Shown piece by piece: positions 58,874 through 64,000 of a stretch of 64,000 nt of DNA. Both the position numbers and the translations under genes were made by a program. Location of the stretch: contig NW_026974140.1 in assembly GCF_037042905.1 (NCBI RefSeq), positions 1,676,001-1,740,000 on the forward strand, read 5' to 3'. Position 1 is the first letter of the stretch, and every line of letters begins with the position of its first letter. Source of the stretch: Lytechinus pictus. Taxonomy: Eukaryota. Under the pieces are notes generated by a model. It saw only the letters and a list, made by a program, of their open reading frames with translations, ran no database searches and had not been told where the DNA came from.

Positions 58874-61800
58874 TTTTTAAAGAAATCTTGAAAAGAGATT
58901 TTGAACGTTTTTGAAAATATTGAAGGATTGAAAATTCACAATTCTTCCATGATTTGAAATTTAAACATTCTAATTATCCTGGTGTAAAGAGGTTTTGACC
59001 TTGTAATCATAACTGGCGTATTAGAAATATCACTGTGGCCTCGCGTCTTTTAATTTCCTATAGCGGCTTATAATTTATCATAATCCATATTTTACCATTC
59101 TCCACCCAAGGGAATGGTTGGGTACCCGGCACTTTGACAACTCCTGATGGAATGCTCTCCTGGCAATCGAGAATAACAATGATTAAAAAAAAGAAAACAA
59201 AAAAAAATAACCATGGTAACGTCATTGTAATATTACCATATGGCCATGTGTCTTGAACTCGCCCCACCACAAAAAAGGTGGTTGACGCTTATCTCGGTTG
59301 AACGGAAATATATTGTTATGAAATTGGTATAATTTTCAAGCTGAATATATACTCTATCATGTCTATAAAAAAAATGAGCGAAATAGCATGTAAATTCGCG
59401 ACACCGCGATTGATCGAAAAAATGGCGAGGGTATTTGGTTGAGGAGGGGGAAGCGGTACACACAAAGTCTATGGGAAGGTCACGTTTCATATTTTAAACA
59501 TGAATAACTTTGGTATAGAGGGGACGAGAGACTTAATTTTGGTCTCATTTTAAAGCTTGAAGTGGGTAGTATGATAATCCAGCACTCTTTACAATTTATT
59601 TCAATTAAGTAATTTTAATAAGCGACCGTTAATTAAAAGAAACCCTAAAATTCTATGCAAAAAAACACCAAAAAATTATCGCATACAATCAATAATTATG
59701 GCGTGATTTTTCGGCTGAATGGAGACGTATTAATATGACATTGGTGTCATTTGAAAGCAGAGTATAAGCTGTATGAGAGATTATAGTATAAGCTTGTATG
59801 CTTATCAATTTGAGTCATTTTGCTCGATAAAATGAATAAAACGGCATATGGCCATATATGATTTTACCGTCTCGATCTTTACTGCAACATACATCCATCA
59901 TAAGATAGATCAATTATATTGCTCATGGTAAAACCATTTTTATTTTCTTCGTAGTTAAACGATATTATATTTTGCAAAGGTATCACAGTCAAACAAATGA
60001 AACCGACTCCAAACCGTTTAATGGTATACATAATGAATTGCTCTGACTCTCAGTCTGCATGTCATCTGCATGTTTACATTCTGTGATTGCCATATCACAC
60101 TTTAGAAGTCGATTTGGCAATTTATCTAATAAATAATTCGAGATGATAGTAAATATATAAAGATGAATGGATATATATCTCACCTTTTCGTCAAATATGG
60201 CGCCTCATAAAACTCCCGTAATAATAATAAACGGAACGCCAATGCATTCTTATTTTGTTGAAGCCATTCATTGATTTCCTCATGCATATACACATCACAA
60301 CAATAAAGGTTCTGACCTCAAACGGTACCATTGAGTGTATTATTGATCATATCATGCATGTGGATTATGGCTATACACGAATTATGATTACTCACACAAT
60401 TTTGTTTTCCTATGCAGCATATCAGATTTGTTACTAAATGCATTTGTATATTATGTACAGGAGGAAACTAATGGTCACAAATATGACTTGGGCAATTGTG
60501 TTGGAGTAGGGCCTATATACTGATATAATAAACTGATTATACTTGGCGCGATAAATGTTGTCTTTAAAAACCTCTATGCGGAAAGAGTATCATCAGTAAA
60601 CCGAATATTATGATAATCGTTTGATTCGTTTTCTATGATGTTCGACACCTGAGATCATAATGGCATAGGGACAGGAAGATCATCCACTAGAGAGGGACAA
60701 TAATTGTTTCTCTTTTCTCTATTCATTCCGATCAGCCTGTTGCTGAGGTCGACTGGACTTTTTTTTATTACGTTTTGAGTTTTGTTTAAAGTTTCGAACC
60801 AAGTCTCATGCATACTTATCATTGTTCAGTGCTCCATTCAGCTTTGGAAAGCGCCATTTGTATCTTTATTCTGTTTTATTTACCCCCATTTAATCCAATT
60901 ACCAACAATTCCACTCAACTATGCCCATGTTTCGTTCTCCTTTGTCACTCTTTTTTATGTCAGCTTTAATATTGTTTTTCAAACTGCTTAATCAACCCCC
61001 GGGAATCAACCTCATAACGTACCACTAATCAAGTGTTTCCCTTTTTCTACTGTTCTGTCAAATTTATCATTTGAATCTTTTAGCTGTGTACAAACATATG
61101 TAATTCAGCTATTGTCTGCCAAGAATGTTTTGATGCCTAATAAAGACCATTATTATTATTAAGATTGCAGTATTTTTACACAAAAAACCCTCTTCTCAAA
61201 TCCCTTACTTTATTTTGGTTTCCCTCTGCCCCTTCTTTTCTCTATTTATTTAAAACTATATAGGCTAACATGAAAAAGGTATAGTCGCCTCTCCCCAGTG
61301 GGGTAATGAGCCCAAAGAATTTGATAGATATGGCGCGTCGGGGGAAAATAATAACAACTTTTGAGCGAGCGATGCGAGCGAGCAAACATTTTGATTAAAA
61401 ACAAATTTTGTGATATATTTTGACAATTGTGTCTTAAGAAAATAACATAATATTCATTTTTTTCCCTTAGTCGTTATTTATTCATTTTTGGAGGGGGGAC
61501 AAGCGCCCCGAGCCCCCTCCCCATCTGTACGCCAATGCCACTCAAAATTCCATGATCAAATAAAACACAGAAATCAATGTTTATATAACCAAGACTTAAG
61601 CAGTCGCGATTGCATTCATATTTATGTTTTATTAGCAAATGTAAATGTATAATAGTATTACAAAGCATGCAATGTTAGAAGCAGTTATGATATTTTTTGT
61701 GTGTAGTATTTATCAATCGCGCTTAATCCTAACATGTACCATGGAAGTGATGGAACAATATTTACGTACGTGACCGCTCTTATCTCCAACAAAAGTGAAT

Positions 61801-61901
61801 AATACATATAGGAAAATAGTGTTTAAAAATGCAATACCAAAAGAAGATGCACGCACGGTAGAATATCCCATATGGCATATAGATTTACATTAAATGCTCA
61901 C

Positions 61902-62190
61902 CTGAAATAACGAATCTTGCAGTTACACACAATGATTTCCAGCGGAGTTTCGGTAATTCGATTCGTTGGAAACTGGGCATTCAGATATACAGCATCCAGA
62001 TATTTTATGAGAGAGATGCGATGGCAATCCTTACTCTGCGGCCCTTGATAATGATATGACCATGAACTTTAGTAGAAGTTGCGGCGAGTGTATGTCGCAC
62101 CATTATGAGCGGGTTTATACAATTCCCCAACTGGCTGCCATACGCCCCTCCCTCTATTCTCCCCCTCTCCCTCCCCCCTCTCCCCTTCAA
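61902..62190 (-). promoter_or_regulatory. Candidate non-coding first exon and promoter of the MFSD6-like gene
   Basis: Donor CAG|GTGAGC at 61902/61901. The ATG-bearing exon starts with an acceptor at 52671, so an upstream exon is required. Locally CpG-richer with GC-box-like runs. Confidence 0.45.
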
Positions 62191-62879
62191 TCTCTCACAC
62201 ACTGTTTTAACATGTTTTTATTAAGGATTTCATTCCAATGATTTACATGAACTCAATATAAATACAACAAAATTCACATAAAAATCCTCATTTTATATCA
62301 ACAAGAAATATAAAAAAAAACTGAAGCAAATATAAGGATAAAATTAAATGCTTTAAAATATACTTTTATACCTAAAAAATACAACTGAGCCCCCAACTCT
62401 CTATGTAAATTACTAATGATATTAAATGATTTGCAGAATCAATGCATACCTAATTCCATTTTACATCGAACTACAACATTCATTTACATAATTATACACA
62501 ACATACACCCCGAGATCGACACCTTCACACATGCACATATACATGAACAGATAAACATAATGTTCATGAATTTTTAATTCTTTGCGAAACAGGGTTAAAA
62601 AAAAGAAGAATCTGCAAATCAGATTGATACAAGAGAGGAAGAAATTGAAAATAACTAGTACGAAATCAACATTCACACCACGATTCACACTGTCTCGCAC
62701 TACAGATCATACCTGTTCAAATTCCAATCTTTATTCACCTTCAGTTTCTATAAATGTAAACTGAACTTGACTGACTTCGTTGCCAGGCGACTTTCTTCCT
62801 CTATACATCCCGTAATATATTTTTGTATTTTAATGCAAAAGGGTATACCCGGCCTTCAGCTCTGGAATTAGAAATTACA

Positions 62880-63230
62880 CATTTTATGAATAAAATAACA
62901 CAATTAACACATGTATTTCTATGCAGGTAATCCTAAGAATATATCCCTCCAATCCGTAGTTCTTAATAATTCAACTAAACAAAAAATGATCTATACAAAA
63001 TTGCCACAGAGGTTTAACTTTCATGCAATCCATGAGTATAATTATGAAAGAGTGATTCAGTTTCTGTATAACAAAACGAGCAGTAATTATCCCCCACGAA
63101 ACCAAATTTCTTCAAATGTTCTTTTGTATAATTGGTCCATGTAAGAGCATAAACTGATATTATTTTTGTTTTCTTATAAGAGTTGTACTCCTGATACCTC
63201 AAAATAATTTACAAATTTCTACATCAGGAA
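62880..63230 (-). mobile_element. Decayed L1/Tx1-type LINE C-terminal fragment
   Basis: TKEHLKKFGFVGDNYCSFCYTETESLFH (zf-RVT-like). Confidence 0.6.
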
Positions 63231-63351
63231 AATTCAAATCACTGTTACCATCCTTGAGTGTTAATCTATATAATTTTTTTTATTGGTAATAAACAAGTTA
63301 TAACTTGTTTTTGATTAAATTACCTCAAAAGCTGTTTCATAATTATCCTAA

Positions 63352-63790
63352 ATAATAATAATAATGAAGTTCTTATATAGCGCATTTCAGACCCGCAATG
63401 ACTCTCAATGCACTTTTCAGAAATTAAATCATCCAACATAAGGAACGACTTACAACAAGGAGATATCACTCCTTGCTAAGAACAGGCCTAACACTTAAAC
63501 AACATCAACATTAATCAATTACATATAGCATAAGTATAGGGAATGGTCTATTTGAATGCTTCATTAAAGAGAAATGTTTTAAATTGGGATTTGAAAAGTC
63601 CAGGAATATTTTGTAATCGGAGAGTACTGAGGAGGGAATTCCAAAGGATGGGGGGGGGCACTGTAGGAGAAGGACCTTTCGCCATGCGTCTTTAGTCTTA
63701 GTCTAGGTACTGGAGTTGTTGAGTTGATGATCAAGTGTCCTTGAGGGGTGTATGGAGAAACAAGTTCAGAAATATATTGAGGGGCAAGAC
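63352..63790 (-). mobile_element. L2 LINE 3' fragment
   Basis: Minus strand reads roughly THGERSFSYSAP..WNSL...FKSQFKTFLF; ends GCGCTATATAAG followed by (ATT)n. Confidence 0.8.
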
Positions 63791-64000
63791 CTAAAGTCTA
63801 CAAAATCTTTAAACTTTATCGAACCAGTAAAATCTTTTCCAACTTGCTGGTATAGCGTGAACAATATTGGAGAAGTTGATTTGCAGTAATACCGAGATTT
63901 TGAAGAAAAAAGTCACAGGCTTCATTGTGTTTATTATTTAAAAAAATGATCCACGCTAAATATTCCCTTATCAAAAAGATCAATGTCAAAATAGTTTTCC

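Noticed and set aside
60199..60209. GGCGCCTCATA matching the terminus of the giant palindrome
   Set aside because: Only 11 bp; no partner end or TSD found, so a second element cannot be supported.

Overview
AT-rich animal genomic DNA; the repeat types resemble those of sea urchins, but the host is inferred only. One intact host gene is present: a 7-coding-exon MFSD6-like MFS transporter on the minus strand (38710-52556, about 610 aa, all splice phases consistent). Near 3.8-6.7 kb lies a probable 3-exon pseudogene of a Cys-rich secreted protein, head-to-head with a candidate first exon. The rest is a nested transposon landscape: decayed LINEs (CR1, L2, Daphne/Crack-like, Tx1-like), SINEs (one with a 7SL-like head) and many TSD-flanked MITEs. 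The most notable elements have TAG...CTA (Academ-type) ends. (i) Two copies of a ~4.5-kb foldback element occur as flip-flop isomers with homogenised arms and arrays of RFX X-boxes. (ii) A 10.7-kb element splits a small MITE and carries a 211-bp satellite. (iii) An AcademH-like element with a RecQ-type helicase remnant and a 9-bp TSD contains a 4.74-kb near-perfect palindromic element with a 6-bp TSD. All of this was read by eye; no database searches were run.
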